Positions 63,655 to 64,000 of a DNA stretch of 64,000 nt are shown piece by piece. The notes under the pieces were generated by a model. That model did not search any database, had not been told where the DNA came from, and worked only from the letters and a program-made list of their open reading frames with translations. Position 1 is the first letter of the stretch. Every line of letters begins with the position of its first letter. Position numbers and translations under genes: made by a program. The stretch is from assembly GCA_963514005.1 (NCBI GenBank), contig OY740814.1, positions 15,252,001 through 15,316,000 of the forward strand. Reading direction: 5' to 3'. The DNA comes from Raja brachyura. Taxonomy: Eukaryota.

Positions 63655-63761
63655 GCTTTCCTGCTGATCAGAGAATTTGTGACAAAGAATTTGTCATTCG
63701 AAGAGCGGCTACAAATCGTGTGCTCAACGTGTTGAGGCATTGGGTCTCAAAGCATTCGCAG
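63655..63761 (+). CDS. RASGRF1: RASGRF1 exon 18 (gene continues past window end)
   Basis: ttccag|GCTTT...TCGCAG|gtagtg; [35 protein letters not shown]. Confidence 0.95.
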
Positions 63762-64000
63762 GTAGTGTTTAGCTTCAATGTTTGTATCCAATGGAGCTTG
63801 ATGTGCGTAAAAGAGGGTCGTGTCCTCCTGGTTTGATTCAAAAGTTGTTCACATATTACCGAGTAGGTCCACTCCAGGTATTATTTCCATAAACCTTGTG
63901 ATCGGTTCTTTGGAATGTTATTGTTCCACTGTTCCTCGCTGTTAAACAAGGTGTATCAGAGGATTCTCTCATACTGTGGTTTCATTGATCCGAGGTACAA

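Overview
Vertebrate genomic DNA, most likely from a cartilaginous fish (skate/ray-type SINE, CR1 and Penelope repeats; the taxon is an inference). The window holds the promoter and first 18 coding exons of RASGRF1 on the + strand. The ATG is at 11663 and the exons encode PH1, coiled-coil, IQ, DH, PH2 and REM domains; the CDC25 GEF exons lie beyond the window. All introns are GT-AG and phase-consistent. The promoter is CpG-rich, with a near-canonical RE1/NRSE site, an E-box, a G-quadruplex motif and uORFs. The 25.8-kb first intron carries a 3.4-kb DIRS1-type tyrosine-recombinase retrotransposon inserted into a CR1 LINE. Its inverted terminal repeats are fully readable, and its internal complementary region spells out the circle junction, including a 5-bp AAAAT crossover core shared with the target. 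Its RT core and the first catalytic Arg region of the recombinase are deleted. Upstream lies a decayed Penelope-like element nested in a Rex1-like LINE. About ten short Penelope-terminus-derived repeats are scattered through the window; most carry a minimal hammerhead-ribozyme-like motif, and several are palindromic units with target-site duplications. There is one 141-N gap.
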